A DNA stretch of 64,000 nucleotides from an uncultured delta proteobacterium (GCA_963740905.1 CAVUFY010000008.1:190444-254443); one strand, 5' to 3'. Numbered from the stretch's first letter, positions 29,425 through 41,140 are shown. Translations and numbers: made by a program. The notes: generated by a model not told the origin, from the letters alone.

Positions 29425-31191
29425 TTATCTTGACCTGATGATGCTCCTCAGTTTATCAAGGATCAAAGTTGAAGACATAGGCATTCCGGGTGTCCGGTTG
29501 AGTCTCACCACGTCCTTTCTGTGAAGATGTCCTATGAGGTTGGCCAGCTGTCCTGAATGATTCAGTTCCGGAATCAGGATTTCTTTGCACCGGCCCATGA
29601 ACTCGCGGATGATCTCGCCGTGATAGGGAAAGATCGAGGTAACCTTCATGGCTCCCACGTTTAGCCCTTCTTTGTGTGCCCTTGTTACCGCCTCCAAGCC
29701 TGAACCAAACGTGGATCCCCACGCGATGATTCCCACGTCCAATGCCCCGCCGGGTGAGAACTCCCGCGGTGAGGGGAGATCAGGCAGGGCGCCCTGTATT
29801 TTCCTATGCCTCTTTTCGGTCATCTTCATGTGGTTATCAGGAGAATAATCCGGGATGCCGCTCTCGGCGTGTTCCAGGCCCGTGGCATTGAAAAGAAATC
29901 CTTCCTGTCCCGGCACCGCACGAGGCGAAACGCCCGAATCCGTCACCCCGTATCTCCGGTACTTTCCTTTACTCTCATTTCCAGGATAGACATTCCAGTT
30001 CTCCCGGTCTTTTTCCGACAGCACGGGGAGCTTCACGTTTTCGACCCGGTTGTTCAGGAAAAAATCACTCAGAACAACCACGGGAGTCTGATATTTCTCC
30101 GCCAGCTGGAAGCTCCTCATGGTATAAGTGTAGCATTCCATGACGTTGGTGGGGGCGATCACGATGCGCGCGGAATCGCCGGGACCTCCGAAAACCGCTG
30201 CATGAAGGTCGGACTGCTCCGTCTTGGTGGGAAGCCCCGTAGCCGGCCCGCCGCGCTGCGCATCGATGATGACAGCCGGGGTCTCGGACATGATCCCGTG
30301 AGTGATAAGTTCCGTCATGAGCGCGAAACCGGGACCCGAGGTAGCCGTCATGGCCCTTTGTCCTGCAAAGAAGCTTCCCAGAACCGCACCTATGGATGCT
30401 ATCTCATCCTCCATTTGCACTACTCTTCCCCCTCGCTGGGGCAGCGCTTTCGCAAGATATTCCATGATGGGTGTTGCAGGGGTAATGGGATAACCGAAGT
30501 AGAGCTTCAGCCCCGCATCCAACGCACCACGCGCAATCGCCTCGTTGCCTGACAAGAGGATCTTCTCCTTCTCCTCCTTTGTTGAAACCGCGAGCTCCTG
30601 GACAAGGTCCTTCCTGTACTCCTCCTCCGCGTACCGATGCCCTGCATCGAAGCTCTTGAGATTGGCTTCCAGCACCTTCTCCCCTTTTGGCCCGAATTTC
30701 TTCCGGATAACCCCATGAAAGGAATCTTTCGGCAGTCTGAAAAGTGCTGCAAATGCCCCCAAAGCCGCCAGGTTCTTTCCTCTGGTGCTTCCGGAGGCCG
30801 CAGCGGCAAGGTCCGAAAAAGGTATGCCATAAAGGCGGACATCCGGCTCCACGTGGGCCGCGATGGAAACGGTGGAATCCACGTAGGAAGGAGGCCTATT
30901 GTCGAAGAAAACGAAGGCGCCCTTTGCGAGAAAGGGAATCCTCGACTGGGACTGCTTGTCATCCAGAGAAATCAGAACATGGGTTCGGTCGTCGAGCGCA
31001 GGCATTTCCTCATTGCCGAACCTGGACAGGGTTACGCACCGGCCGAAACCCCTGATCTCCGCAGGGTAGGAATCAAATGCCAGAACGGAAAAGCCGGCCA
31101 CGGACATGGCCTCATTCAGAATACCGCCGGCGGCGATCGTCCCATCGCCCGACATTCCACAAATTTCAACCGTAAGATCTACAAGTGCCAT
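29425..31191 (-). CDS. korA: 2-oxoacid:ferredoxin oxidoreductase alpha subunit (gamma-alpha fusion)
   Basis: SYPAEIRG, GYPITPAT, QMEDEIAS, ATSGPGFAL, QRGGPATGLPTKTEQSD; ATG 31191 is 1 nt after the upstream stop. Confidence 0.9.
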   Translation of the reverse strand: MALVDLTVEICGMSGDGTIAAGGILNEAMSVAGFSVLAFDSYPAEIRGFGRCVTLSRFGNEEMPALDDRTHVLISLDDKQSQSRIPFLAKGAFVFFDNRPPSYVDSTVSIAAHVEPDVRLYGIPFSDLAAAASGSTRGKNLAALGAFAALFRLPKDSFHGVIRKKFGPKGEKVLEANLKSFDAGHRYAEEEYRKDLVQELAVSTKEEKEKILLSGNEAIARGALDAGLKLYFGYPITPATPIMEYLAKALPQRGGRVVQMEDEIASIGAVLGSFFAGQRAMTATSGPGFALMTELITHGIMSETPAVIIDAQRGGPATGLPTKTEQSDLHAAVFGGPGDSARIVIAPTNVMECYTYTMRSFQLAEKYQTPVVVLSDFFLNNRVENVKLPVLSEKDRENWNVYPGNESKGKYRRYGVTDSGVSPRAVPGQEGFLFNATGLEHAESGIPDYSPDNHMKMTEKRHRKIQGALPDLPSPREFSPGGALDVGIIAWGSTFGSGLEAVTRAHKEGLNVGAMKVTSIFPYHGEIIREFMGRCKEILIPELNHSGQLANLIGHLHRKDVVRLNRTPGMPMSSTLILDKLRSIIRSR

Positions 31192-31192
31192 A

Positions 31193-32209
31193 TCAAAACT
31201 GTGTCCACCAGGATGTGTTAACCTTGATCCCCTGAACTTCAAAAATGCTTTCCGCCGCCGCCTCCGCCTCTATCCTGCCTCCCAGAAGGTTTATCGCCGC
31301 AGTGCGACCAAGACGGACGGCGTTGTCGTGACCGATAGAAATCCAGTAGTCGTGAATCTGAGGGTGATAGATCTGGGCACAGTCCCCTGCGGCGTATACT
31401 TCCTCGACGCCGGTATTCAGGAATTCATCGACCAGAATGCCCCTGTCAATACGAAGCCCGGAGCCGGCCACAGAGCGGACATCAGGGACAAGACCGAAAA
31501 AAGCGCCGATGATGCCGACTTTGATCTTGTCTTCGTTCAGCTCGACTTCGCAGGCATGGCTGGAGACGCGGGCTATGCTTTTCGGGCGACGGTCCAGGAG
31601 GACTTCCACACCCTGCTGAGAAAGATGGTGCGCCGCTTCTTCCACCACGACCCTGTCATATTTCATAGGCCAGAAGGCTTCCTCATCAAACACAAAATAG
31701 ACTTTCCTGTTCATCTTGAGAAGGGCCTTTGTCAAGGCAAAAGAGGTAAGATCCCCTCCCATCACGAGGACCGAATCCGCACGGGAGAGCCTCCGGACCC
31801 ATGTCTTGGCATCTTCAGGTGTCTTGAGCGTCAGCAAGAGGTCTTGAAAAATCAGAAGAGGCTCTGGTATCCGAGGCTTTCCACCTACGGCGAGAATCAG
31901 CCCCGTATAGCGCACGATCTCTTTATGATCCAGGATGACACCCTTATCCGCGAGGCTGAGCCTAACCATTTTCTGGCCGGTTCGAAGCTTGACCCCTTTG
32001 TCCTTGTATTCTTCTGTGGGACAAACGTACAGGGAGGCTTCGGGAATTTCTCCGGCGATGAAGCCCGGCAGCAAATGAGGCCTGTAGCAGCTTTCCCTGT
32101 CCCTGCTGATAAGCGTGACATGAGCACCGGGGACTTTTTCCTTCAGGGTCAGGGCCGCCTGATTTCCCGCCGGTCCGTTACCCACAACGACAAAATGCTC
32201 TTCAGCCAT
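31193..32209 (-). CDS. FAD-dependent pyridine nucleotide-disulfide oxidoreductase-like flavoprotein (degenerate NAD(P) motif)
   Basis: VVVGNGPAG and VYAAGDC FAD motifs; the second Rossmann motif reads VMGGDLTS. Confidence 0.85.
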   Translation of the reverse strand: MAEEHFVVVGNGPAGNQAALTLKEKVPGAHVTLISRDRESCYRPHLLPGFIAGEIPEASLYVCPTEEYKDKGVKLRTGQKMVRLSLADKGVILDHKEIVRYTGLILAVGGKPRIPEPLLIFQDLLLTLKTPEDAKTWVRRLSRADSVLVMGGDLTSFALTKALLKMNRKVYFVFDEEAFWPMKYDRVVVEEAAHHLSQQGVEVLLDRRPKSIARVSSHACEVELNEDKIKVGIIGAFFGLVPDVRSVAGSGLRIDRGILVDEFLNTGVEEVYAAGDCAQIYHPQIHDYWISIGHDNAVRLGRTAAINLLGGRIEAEAAAESIFEVQGIKVNTSWWTQF

Positions 32210-32281
32210 TGATCTGCCCTTCCCCTACCCTTCTCTCCATATCACTTTAGCTTTCTTGAAAAGTTGTGAGAATCATGATCC

Positions 32282-33982
32282 TCACGATAGTCTCATAGAC
32301 CTAGAATGACACTTTTCCTCAAGGTCCACCTTGGTCACGGATATGCAGTCCACAGGGCAAACCCGCACGCACTCCCCGCACCGGATACACCGGGTATTGT
32401 CGATGACGATGGCGTTCACGTCCCGCCAGCGGGACGTCTCCACGAAACCTGTGATCGCGCCTACGTCGTTGGTCTCTATCTCTTTGACCAGTTTAATGCA
32501 GTCGCGGGGCGCCACATCAACGCAGTAACGGCAGTAAATGCAGCGGCTCACATCGATCTCATAGTGGAGGTAGCATAGATAACATCGCTTGGATTCTTCC
32601 GCTGCCTGCTCCCTGGTTAATCCTGTTTCTACTTCGGTCTTCGCGCCCTTCAAGCGCTCCTTTTCAGGCTGGACCGTAGGCATCTCCTGTCGCGGCAGAT
32701 AGTCCCAGGTTCGTTTCCTGTCCGTGATCTCGGCGTCTTCCATCCTGACAACCCTCTCACGGAAAGAGTTTGTCGTGAGATCCCGGGCAATGTTTTCCGC
32801 CGCCCTTCGGCCCATGCCCACCGCTTCGATCACGGTGGATGGGCCCGTAACATAGTCACCGGCCACGTAGAGCGCTCTCCCATCTTTTTCAGCCGTGGCT
32901 TCGATCGGCTCGGGTCGCTGGCCCGTGGCGACAATGACCGTGTCCGCGGGAATAGGGAATTCACTTCCCTTGATGGGGATGATGGTTCGCTTTCCGTCGG
33001 ATTCTGCAAGACCCGGGTCGGTCCTGACAAATTCCACGCCCTCCACCCTCCGCTCTCCCAGAACTCGGCGGGAAAGCACGAGGGACCGAATCTTGATGCC
33101 TTCCTTTCTTGCTTCCATCACCTCATCTTTGGTAACCGCGATATCTTCCTCTGTTCTCCGCAGGCAGATCGTTACATCCTCCGCCCCAAGCCTCCGGGCC
33201 GAGCGGGCGCAATCAAAAGCCGTGAACCCTGCTCCGATCACAAGAACCCGGCGTCCGATGACAGGCGGTCGCCCGAGGCAAACATCCATCATGAACTCGA
33301 GACCGGCATAAACCCCGCTTAGACTTTCCCCGGGCACTTTCAGGGGTATGGACTTGTAGCACCCTGCTGCGAGCAGGACCGCGTCGAAATCTCTGAGAAG
33401 TTCCTCCACCGCCACATCCCTGCCGACTCGAACTCCTGTCCGGAGTGCCACTCCCGTTTCCAGAACGCGACCGACCTCCTCATCCAAGACGTGGCGGGGG
33501 AGCCTGAACTCCGGAATTCCATACCTGAGCATACCTCCCGCCTTGTGGAGAGTTTCAAGAATGGTCACGGAAAAGCCGAGCGTGGAAAGATCGTGGGCCG
33601 CCGCGAGACCGGCGGGCCCTGATCCGACGATGGCTACTTTTTTGCCCAGGGAAGCAAGAGGGCCTTCCGTGAAGTGGGGAGGACGTTGTTTCAGGTCCGC
33701 CGCAGCCCTCTTGATGTGACAAATATTGACCGGACGGCCCAGTTCCGGCTCACCGTGCCGGCACTTGTCTTCACAGGGCCGGGAACAAATCCTGCCGAGC
33801 ACGCCGGGAAAGATGTTGGCCATTCGATTGATTTCGTAGGACTCGTCGTATTTTCCCTCGTAGAGCGCACGAATGTAAGCCGGGATGTTGGTTGCAGCGG
33901 GGCAAGCCGCCTGGCAGGGCACATTGACACTGACGTAGTAAAAATCTTCCGGGTCGGTGGAGTAAACGACTTGTCTGTCCAT
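32282..33982 (-). CDS. GltD/NfnB-like FeS flavoprotein with C-terminal ferredoxin domain
   Basis: PCQAACP...LGRICSRPCEDKC...IC, GSGPAG, GGMLRYGIPEFRLP, GAGFTAFD..R, CLRR, KRCYLC, CIYCRYCVDVAP, CIRCGECVRVCP; SD GAGGTG before ATG 33982. Confidence 0.9.
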   Translation of the reverse strand: MDRQVVYSTDPEDFYYVSVNVPCQAACPAATNIPAYIRALYEGKYDESYEINRMANIFPGVLGRICSRPCEDKCRHGEPELGRPVNICHIKRAAADLKQRPPHFTEGPLASLGKKVAIVGSGPAGLAAAHDLSTLGFSVTILETLHKAGGMLRYGIPEFRLPRHVLDEEVGRVLETGVALRTGVRVGRDVAVEELLRDFDAVLLAAGCYKSIPLKVPGESLSGVYAGLEFMMDVCLGRPPVIGRRVLVIGAGFTAFDCARSARRLGAEDVTICLRRTEEDIAVTKDEVMEARKEGIKIRSLVLSRRVLGERRVEGVEFVRTDPGLAESDGKRTIIPIKGSEFPIPADTVIVATGQRPEPIEATAEKDGRALYVAGDYVTGPSTVIEAVGMGRRAAENIARDLTTNSFRERVVRMEDAEITDRKRTWDYLPRQEMPTVQPEKERLKGAKTEVETGLTREQAAEESKRCYLCYLHYEIDVSRCIYCRYCVDVAPRDCIKLVKEIETNDVGAITGFVETSRWRDVNAIVIDNTRCIRCGECVRVCPVDCISVTKVDLEEKCHSRSMRLS

Positions 33983-34077
33983 GCTCACCTCGTCATGTTT
34001 GGTGCACAACCTATCCCATCAAATTTTCATCACGAAAAGGAACATCTTCATCCCTTCTTCCGATTTCGTGCTTTCTC

Positions 34078-34791
34078 CTATTTCGTGTCTTCGTGTTTGA
34101 GTCGCTTTTCGATCTCTCTCTTGATGGTATTGATCGACTTTGTCACCGGGATCTCCTTGGGGCAGACCCGGGTGCACTCAAAGTGATTGACGCAGGGCCA
34201 AGCGCCGTTCGGATCGTCGGCCTGTCTCAGCCGCTCTTCACGAGCCTCATCCCGAGAGTCGAAAATGTAGCGGTACATCCAGACAAGAGCAGCTGGACCC
34301 ACGTAATTCCTGCTGTAACCCATGACGGGGCAACTGGCTGTGCAGCAGCCACAAAGGATACAGCGAACCACATCATCGACTTTCTTCCGGTTTTCCGGAC
34401 TCTGGAGAATTTCTTTGTCCCCCTTTTCCTCGGCCATGAGATACGGTTTTACCGCATTGACGCCCTCCAGAAAAGAGTCCATGTCCACCACCAGATCCTT
34501 GAGGACCCGGAATACGGGCAGGGGCTCGAGAACAATCTCAGGGCACATGTAATCTTTAATGAGTTTTTGACAGGCGAGGCCGCATGTTCCGTTGATTCTC
34601 ATCCCGTCTGAGCCGCATACGCCGTGGCCGCAGGACATGCGATAACTGAGGGTCCCGTCCTGTTCCCACTTGATGCGGTTCAAACAGTCCAGTATCCTAT
34701 CCTGCGCATCCGCCTCTACCTTGTAGTGACGGAAATAGGGGCCGGGATCAGCGGCGGGATCATAGCGAAAAATCTTGAATCGGACTTCCAT
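34078..34791 (-). CDS. sdhB: Succinate dehydrogenase/fumarate reductase iron-sulfur subunit
   Basis: SCGHGVCGSD...LAC, CILCGCCTASCP, CVNHFECTRVCP. Confidence 0.95.
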   Translation of the reverse strand: MEVRFKIFRYDPAADPGPYFRHYKVEADAQDRILDCLNRIKWEQDGTLSYRMSCGHGVCGSDGMRINGTCGLACQKLIKDYMCPEIVLEPLPVFRVLKDLVVDMDSFLEGVNAVKPYLMAEEKGDKEILQSPENRKKVDDVVRCILCGCCTASCPVMGYSRNYVGPAALVWMYRYIFDSRDEAREERLRQADDPNGAWPCVNHFECTRVCPKEIPVTKSINTIKREIEKRLKHEDTK

Positions 34792-34792
34792 A

Positions 34793-36514
<1,722 letters not shown>

Positions 36515-37019
36515 GTTGTCTATGCCTTTCTCTCCGTGATCAAACCCGCCGACGCGGCTTTCCTGCTGCGAACATGGACTTTTTCAGCACCCTGCTAGAT
36601 TAGAAGACACCGCCACAGGGAGAAATAGGGTAAATCCTGTATTTTTTGGTCAACAGACAATGCACTTTTGCACGTGTGAGACGAGATTGTCAAAATGAAA
36701 CCTGCCGCGGTCGTGATGATTCAGTTTCGAGTGGGTCCACCTGTATCAATGAACTAGCCGCGCTCCCGGGGAGGAGTTGAAGAGATCCCTCTCCGGGGGA
36801 CGAGGCGGGTTTTTGTTCCTATATAAACGCCCCCGCAGCGAAGCGCCGGGGTACAAGTGCTCAAGACTTAATCGTTACCCGCAGCGGGCCTCACATGGAT
36901 GACACCCGGATGGTGGGATTCTCCCCCGTTGACTTTGCCTCTGCGAATGGTTATCTAACGAACGATTCTGAATTTTTCGCCAACAAGAACTTAACCACCT
37001 CATGCCTAGGAGGGGAATC

Positions 37020-38075
37020 ATGAGCCAGGAATCGCCTCTCGAGTGCCGGATACTGGAAAGGGTCAAGGAAAGAGATAAAATCGGTGTGTGGGGTTTCGGC
37101 AATGTTTCAAGGGACGTCGTGTTGTCGCTGGTGGATCAGGGACTCGGGAAGGAGATCGTTTTCTACGGAAGACCCAAGGAAAAATATCCCAACAGGGCCG
37201 GGACCTGGATCGAAGACCTGAAAGCCAACTCCATTCATCGTCCTCGCATTTACGGCACCAACCAGACTGATGACATGGCCGGTCTCGACGTGATCTTCAT
37301 CGGCGTGGGCGTTCCGCGCAAAGAGGGCCAAAGCCGGAGGGACCTTCTCGCAGTCAATACGGAGGTGATCGCCGAAGCCTCCTTCGAAATCCGCAGGCTT
37401 TATCAGGGCTGCGGGACCAAGGACTTACCCATCCTCGTTTACATGGGGAATCCTGTGACCACGATGACCTGGGTGGGTTACAAGGCTACAGGATTTCCAC
37501 GGGCAAACATTGTGGGCCAGGCCGGAAACCTGGATGCGAGAAGGATCTGCCATGCCCTATCCAAACTGATCGGTCTCTCAGGCAACGACCTGAGAGGGAT
37601 TGTCTTCGGAGAACACGGCGACTCCATGGTCGCCAGCACCCGGTTTTTCTCTGTAGGAGGGGTGCCTCTTGACGATGTTGTTCGCGCCCAGGGGATCGAC
37701 CCGGCCGTGATCAACCGCGCCATCGAAGACGCGAAAAAAGGCGGAACCCATTTCGTGAACGAAACCGGTCAGAGCGCGTCGGCGGGCCCCGCGAGGGCCG
37801 CATGTGATATGCTGCGCTGTATGATTCTCGGGGAGGCCGAGGTTCAGCCTGTGATCGCTATCTTTGAAAAGGAATACGGTCTCCTGAAAAAAGAGGACGG
37901 TCTCGATTCCATGAGTTTCGGGGTGCCTGCCAAGATTGGGCCCTACGGTGTGGAAAAGATCTACGAACTTCCGGTGGAGGATATCAGGGGCCAGTTGGAG
38001 AGATCCGCCTCCATTATCAAGGAGGACATCAAGGCCGCCGCAGGGATCCTGAAGGAAAAGTACGGCATTACCTAG
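37020..38075 (+). CDS. mdh: Malate dehydrogenase (LDH-like), atypical cofactor site
   Basis: GVPRKEGQSRRDLL (Arg specificity residue), GNPV, LDARR, GEHGDSMV; SD GGAGGGG before ATG 37020. Confidence 0.88.
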   Translation: MSQESPLECRILERVKERDKIGVWGFGNVSRDVVLSLVDQGLGKEIVFYGRPKEKYPNRAGTWIEDLKANSIHRPRIYGTNQTDDMAGLDVIFIGVGVPRKEGQSRRDLLAVNTEVIAEASFEIRRLYQGCGTKDLPILVYMGNPVTTMTWVGYKATGFPRANIVGQAGNLDARRICHALSKLIGLSGNDLRGIVFGEHGDSMVASTRFFSVGGVPLDDVVRAQGIDPAVINRAIEDAKKGGTHFVNETGQSASAGPARAACDMLRCMILGEAEVQPVIAIFEKEYGLLKKEDGLDSMSFGVPAKIGPYGVEKIYELPVEDIRGQLERSASIIKEDIKAAAGILKEKYGIT

Positions 38076-38133
38076 CTGCCTCGTGGAGGCGTCTTGCGCC
38101 TCTTATGCTTTCGAGGTCAAAAGGATCTTCCGC

Positions 38134-39564
38134 TTACTTCTGGCTCTTCTTCGGCAGCAGATGAGTGACGCTGCCGAGGAAAATTTCCGCCACCTCTCCT
38201 ACCGTCTCGGAGAGGGTGGGGTGTGGATGGATGCTAAGTCCTACGTCCGCAGGCAGAGCGCCCATTTCCACGGCCAGCACTCCCTCTGAGATCAACCCTT
38301 CGGCATGGCGTCCTGCGATACCGAACCCCAGAACCCTTTCCGTCTCCCCATCGACGACCATCTTTGTCACTCCCGCAGCGGCGTCTATCGTGGTGGCCCG
38401 GGGTGAAAATTTCCAAGGGTAGCGTTCAATCCTCACAGTTCGCTTTTGCTTGCGCGCCTGTTCTTCGGTCAGCCCACACCACGCAACCTGAGGATCGGTG
38501 AAAACCACGGCAGGGATGGCCCTCGCATCAAAAGCCGACGGCTCTCCCGCTATGACTTCCGCCGCAACCTTTCCCTCCCGAAAGGCCTTGTGCGCAAGCT
38601 GAGGTCCTCCGGCCACATCGCCAATGGCAAAGATCTTCTCATCCTTTGTCCGCTGCTGCTCGTCAACGACCACGAAGCCCTTATCATTCACTTTCACGTT
38701 GGTCTTGTCCAGACCGATACCCTCGGACTTGGGGTCTCTTCCCACGGCGACCAGCACCCGATCAAAGGACTGCTCGGATTTGTCTATGTCCCCCTCAAAC
38801 ATGACCTCCACCCTGTCCGATTGCTCCTTCATGGATTTGACCCGGGTGTTGAAATGAATGGCGTCGAAAAGTTCTTCCAGTCTTTTCGCGAGAGGGGCCA
38901 CAAGATCGGTATCGGCCCCCCGCAACATCCTTTCGCTCCGAACCGCGAGAGAAACGCGGGTTCCCAGGGAGGCGTAAACCGTTCCCATTTCGAGGGCGAT
39001 ATACCCTCCGCCGATGATGAGGAGTGAGTCGGGTATCTCGGGAAGTTCCAGTGCCCCTGCCGAATCCATGATGCGACTTCCCTTCTCAAACTTTGTGCCC
39101 GGGAAAGGAGCGGGGCACGACCCGGTCGCAAGAATGGCATGACGGTACTTGATGTGGCTCACCTCCGAATCATGGAGGCGGACCGTGCCGGAATCTTCGA
39201 ACTCAACCCGGCCTTGTATCAGCTCCACTCCCCTCTTCTTGCTCAGAGTGACCAGCCCATCCGCCAGCTTGTCCACCACCTCATCTTTCCATCTGCGAAT
39301 CTTTTCCGCATCAATTTGCGGTTTGCCAAAAGCCACGCCCATTCTTTCCGAGCGCTGCGCGTCATGGATGAGTTCCGCCAGGGAGAGCAAGGTCTTGGAC
39401 GGAATGCAGCCTCGGAACAGGCATTCACCCCCGGGCCTCGGTGCCATGTCAACCATCGTGACTTCCAGGCCGAGATCCGCCGCTCGGAACGCCGCAGCGT
39501 AGCCTCCCGGCCCGCTTCCGATGACGAGAACCTGTGTCTCTTCGGTAAATTCTCCCATAACCAT
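38134..39564 (-). CDS. lpdA: Dihydrolipoyl dehydrogenase (E3)
   Basis: GSGPGGY, GGECLFRGCIPSK redox disulfide, IHPHPTLSE; start set at ATG 39564 because the track's 5' extension is repeat DNA. Confidence 0.95.
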   Translation of the reverse strand: MVMGEFTEETQVLVIGSGPGGYAAAFRAADLGLEVTMVDMAPRPGGECLFRGCIPSKTLLSLAELIHDAQRSERMGVAFGKPQIDAEKIRRWKDEVVDKLADGLVTLSKKRGVELIQGRVEFEDSGTVRLHDSEVSHIKYRHAILATGSCPAPFPGTKFEKGSRIMDSAGALELPEIPDSLLIIGGGYIALEMGTVYASLGTRVSLAVRSERMLRGADTDLVAPLAKRLEELFDAIHFNTRVKSMKEQSDRVEVMFEGDIDKSEQSFDRVLVAVGRDPKSEGIGLDKTNVKVNDKGFVVVDEQQRTKDEKIFAIGDVAGGPQLAHKAFREGKVAAEVIAGEPSAFDARAIPAVVFTDPQVAWCGLTEEQARKQKRTVRIERYPWKFSPRATTIDAAAGVTKMVVDGETERVLGFGIAGRHAEGLISEGVLAVEMGALPADVGLSIHPHPTLSETVGEVAEIFLGSVTHLLPKKSQK

Positions 39565-39585
39565 TGCCCAAATCCCCCTTTTGAA

Positions 39586-39697
39586 AATCCGAAGCACGAA
39601 TATCGAAATTCGAAGTATCTCCATCACAGTTACGAGTGACGAGTAACAAGTAGATTATAAATGAACTTGTCACTCGTGACTCGTCACTTGTCACTTT
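39586..39697. repeat. Adjacent heptad arrays: CGAAAT-type (about 39586-39616) and family A core (39628-39697)
   Basis: AGTTACGAGTGACGAGTAACAAGTA equals the reverse complement of 3496-3520; TCGTGACTCGTCACTTGTCACTTTC is also present at about 63556-63580. Confidence 0.75.
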
Positions 39698-39769
39698 CCC
39701 TTTGAAAGGAAAACAGCGCCGTCGAATCTGTCCACGTGCACCCAACGATGGTCGTATTCGAGCAACCTG

Positions 39770-41125
39770 TTAGGTCATCATCATGAACAGTTCTTCAGGG
39801 TCCTCGAGGGCTTCCACGATCATCCTCAGGAAGGGAACGGCATCTGCGCCGTCCAGCACCCGGTGATCGATGCACAGCACAAGGGGCATCTTGAGCCTTG
39901 GTTCGATCCGATAGCCCTGCTTCTCGTTTCCTATGACTGCCGGCTGCATGGTGGCCGCTCCCATACCCAGGATGGCCGCCTCCGGATAGTTGATGATGGG
40001 GACGAACTGGCCTCCGCCCATGGGGCCCACGTTCGTGATGGTAAAAGTTCCTCCTTGCAACTCCCCGAGGTTCACTTTTCTCTGTCTTGTCCTCTCGGCC
40101 AGTTCCTTGAGTTCGATGCTCAGATCCAGAATGCTCTTCCGGTCCACGTCTTTGATCACGGGCACAATGAGGCCGTCGTCGGTTGCGACCGCCACCCCTA
40201 CGTGATAGTAATGTTTTTCGATGATTTCCCCGGCTTGTGGATCGATGCTCGAGTTGAATCGAGGAAAGGCCTTGAGTGCCGTTGCCGCTGCTTTCAAAGC
40301 AAATACGGTATGGGTCAGCTTGCCGCCCTTGGCCTCGATCTCTTCTTTGTGCTTGCGGCGGAAAGCTTCCAGCTTGCTCATGTCCGCCACATCCTGGTTG
40401 TTCACGTGGGGAATTTGCGACCACGCCACAGCCATTTGCCTTGCCGTGGATTTCCGGATGGAACGCAGGGGCACCCGCTCTATCGGGCCCCATCTGGAAA
40501 AGTCGGGAAGCTTGGGTGCCGGCGCCGCCAGCGGTCTTTCTTCTTTTGGCTTTTCTTCAGGTTTCTTTTCCGCTTTTTCTTCCCGCCTTTCTTCGGGCTT
40601 TTCTTTTCCCTCTGCAAAAGCTCTCACATCCTCTGCGGTGACCAAACCCTTCGGCCCCGAGGGTCTGACTCGTCTCAATTCCACACCCAGTTCCCGGGCC
40701 AGACGACGGGTAGCGGGCGATGCAGGAACCGGCCCTTCCCGGGGTTTCTCCGTCGGAAGCTCTTCCTCGCGGCCCTTTTCCTCCTCTTTCTCTTTCGGAG
40801 GTTTTTTCTCCGGCTTTCCTTCGGGAGGCTTTTCCTCTTTCTCCTCTACCCTTTCTTCAGAAGGCTTTCCAGTCTCGGCTGCCTCCTCTCCCACGCTGAA
40901 GGTCATCATCACGTCACCTACATTCACCGTGTCACCCGGTTTGATGCGGATCTCTTTCACCACCCCTGTATAGGGCGAGGGGACTTCCACCGCCGCTTTG
41001 TCCGTTTCCACCTCCAGGATGATGTCTCCTTCATTGACCTTGTCTCCTTCAGATACCCGGACAGACAGGATCTCTCCCTCATGAATGCCCTCTCCCAGGT
41101 CCGGCAGCTTGAATTCTTTAGGCAT
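39770..41125 (-). CDS. pdhC: 2-oxoacid dehydrogenase E2 (dihydrolipoamide acyltransferase), one lipoyl domain
   Basis: ETDKAAVEVPSP lipoyl Lys, PASPATRRLARELGV E3-binding domain, DHRVLDGAD. Confidence 0.93.
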   Translation of the reverse strand: MPKEFKLPDLGEGIHEGEILSVRVSEGDKVNEGDIILEVETDKAAVEVPSPYTGVVKEIRIKPGDTVNVGDVMMTFSVGEEAAETGKPSEERVEEKEEKPPEGKPEKKPPKEKEEEKGREEELPTEKPREGPVPASPATRRLARELGVELRRVRPSGPKGLVTAEDVRAFAEGKEKPEERREEKAEKKPEEKPKEERPLAAPAPKLPDFSRWGPIERVPLRSIRKSTARQMAVAWSQIPHVNNQDVADMSKLEAFRRKHKEEIEAKGGKLTHTVFALKAAATALKAFPRFNSSIDPQAGEIIEKHYYHVGVAVATDDGLIVPVIKDVDRKSILDLSIELKELAERTRQRKVNLGELQGGTFTITNVGPMGGGQFVPIINYPEAAILGMGAATMQPAVIGNEKQGYRIEPRLKMPLVLCIDHRVLDGADAVPFLRMIVEALEDPEELFMMMT

Positions 41126-41140
41126 GACTCGTTCCTCCCC

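Noticed and set aside
36600-37000. GC-rich hairpins in the sdhA-mdh divergent region as a riboswitch or ncRNA
   Set aside because: No recognisable aptamer consensus; partly resembles the REP-like palindrome at 6544. An Infernal/Rfam search would be needed.
39565-39627. N-terminal extension of LpdA given by the ORF track
   Set aside because: It is translated heptad-repeat DNA; the SD and homology support ATG 39564.
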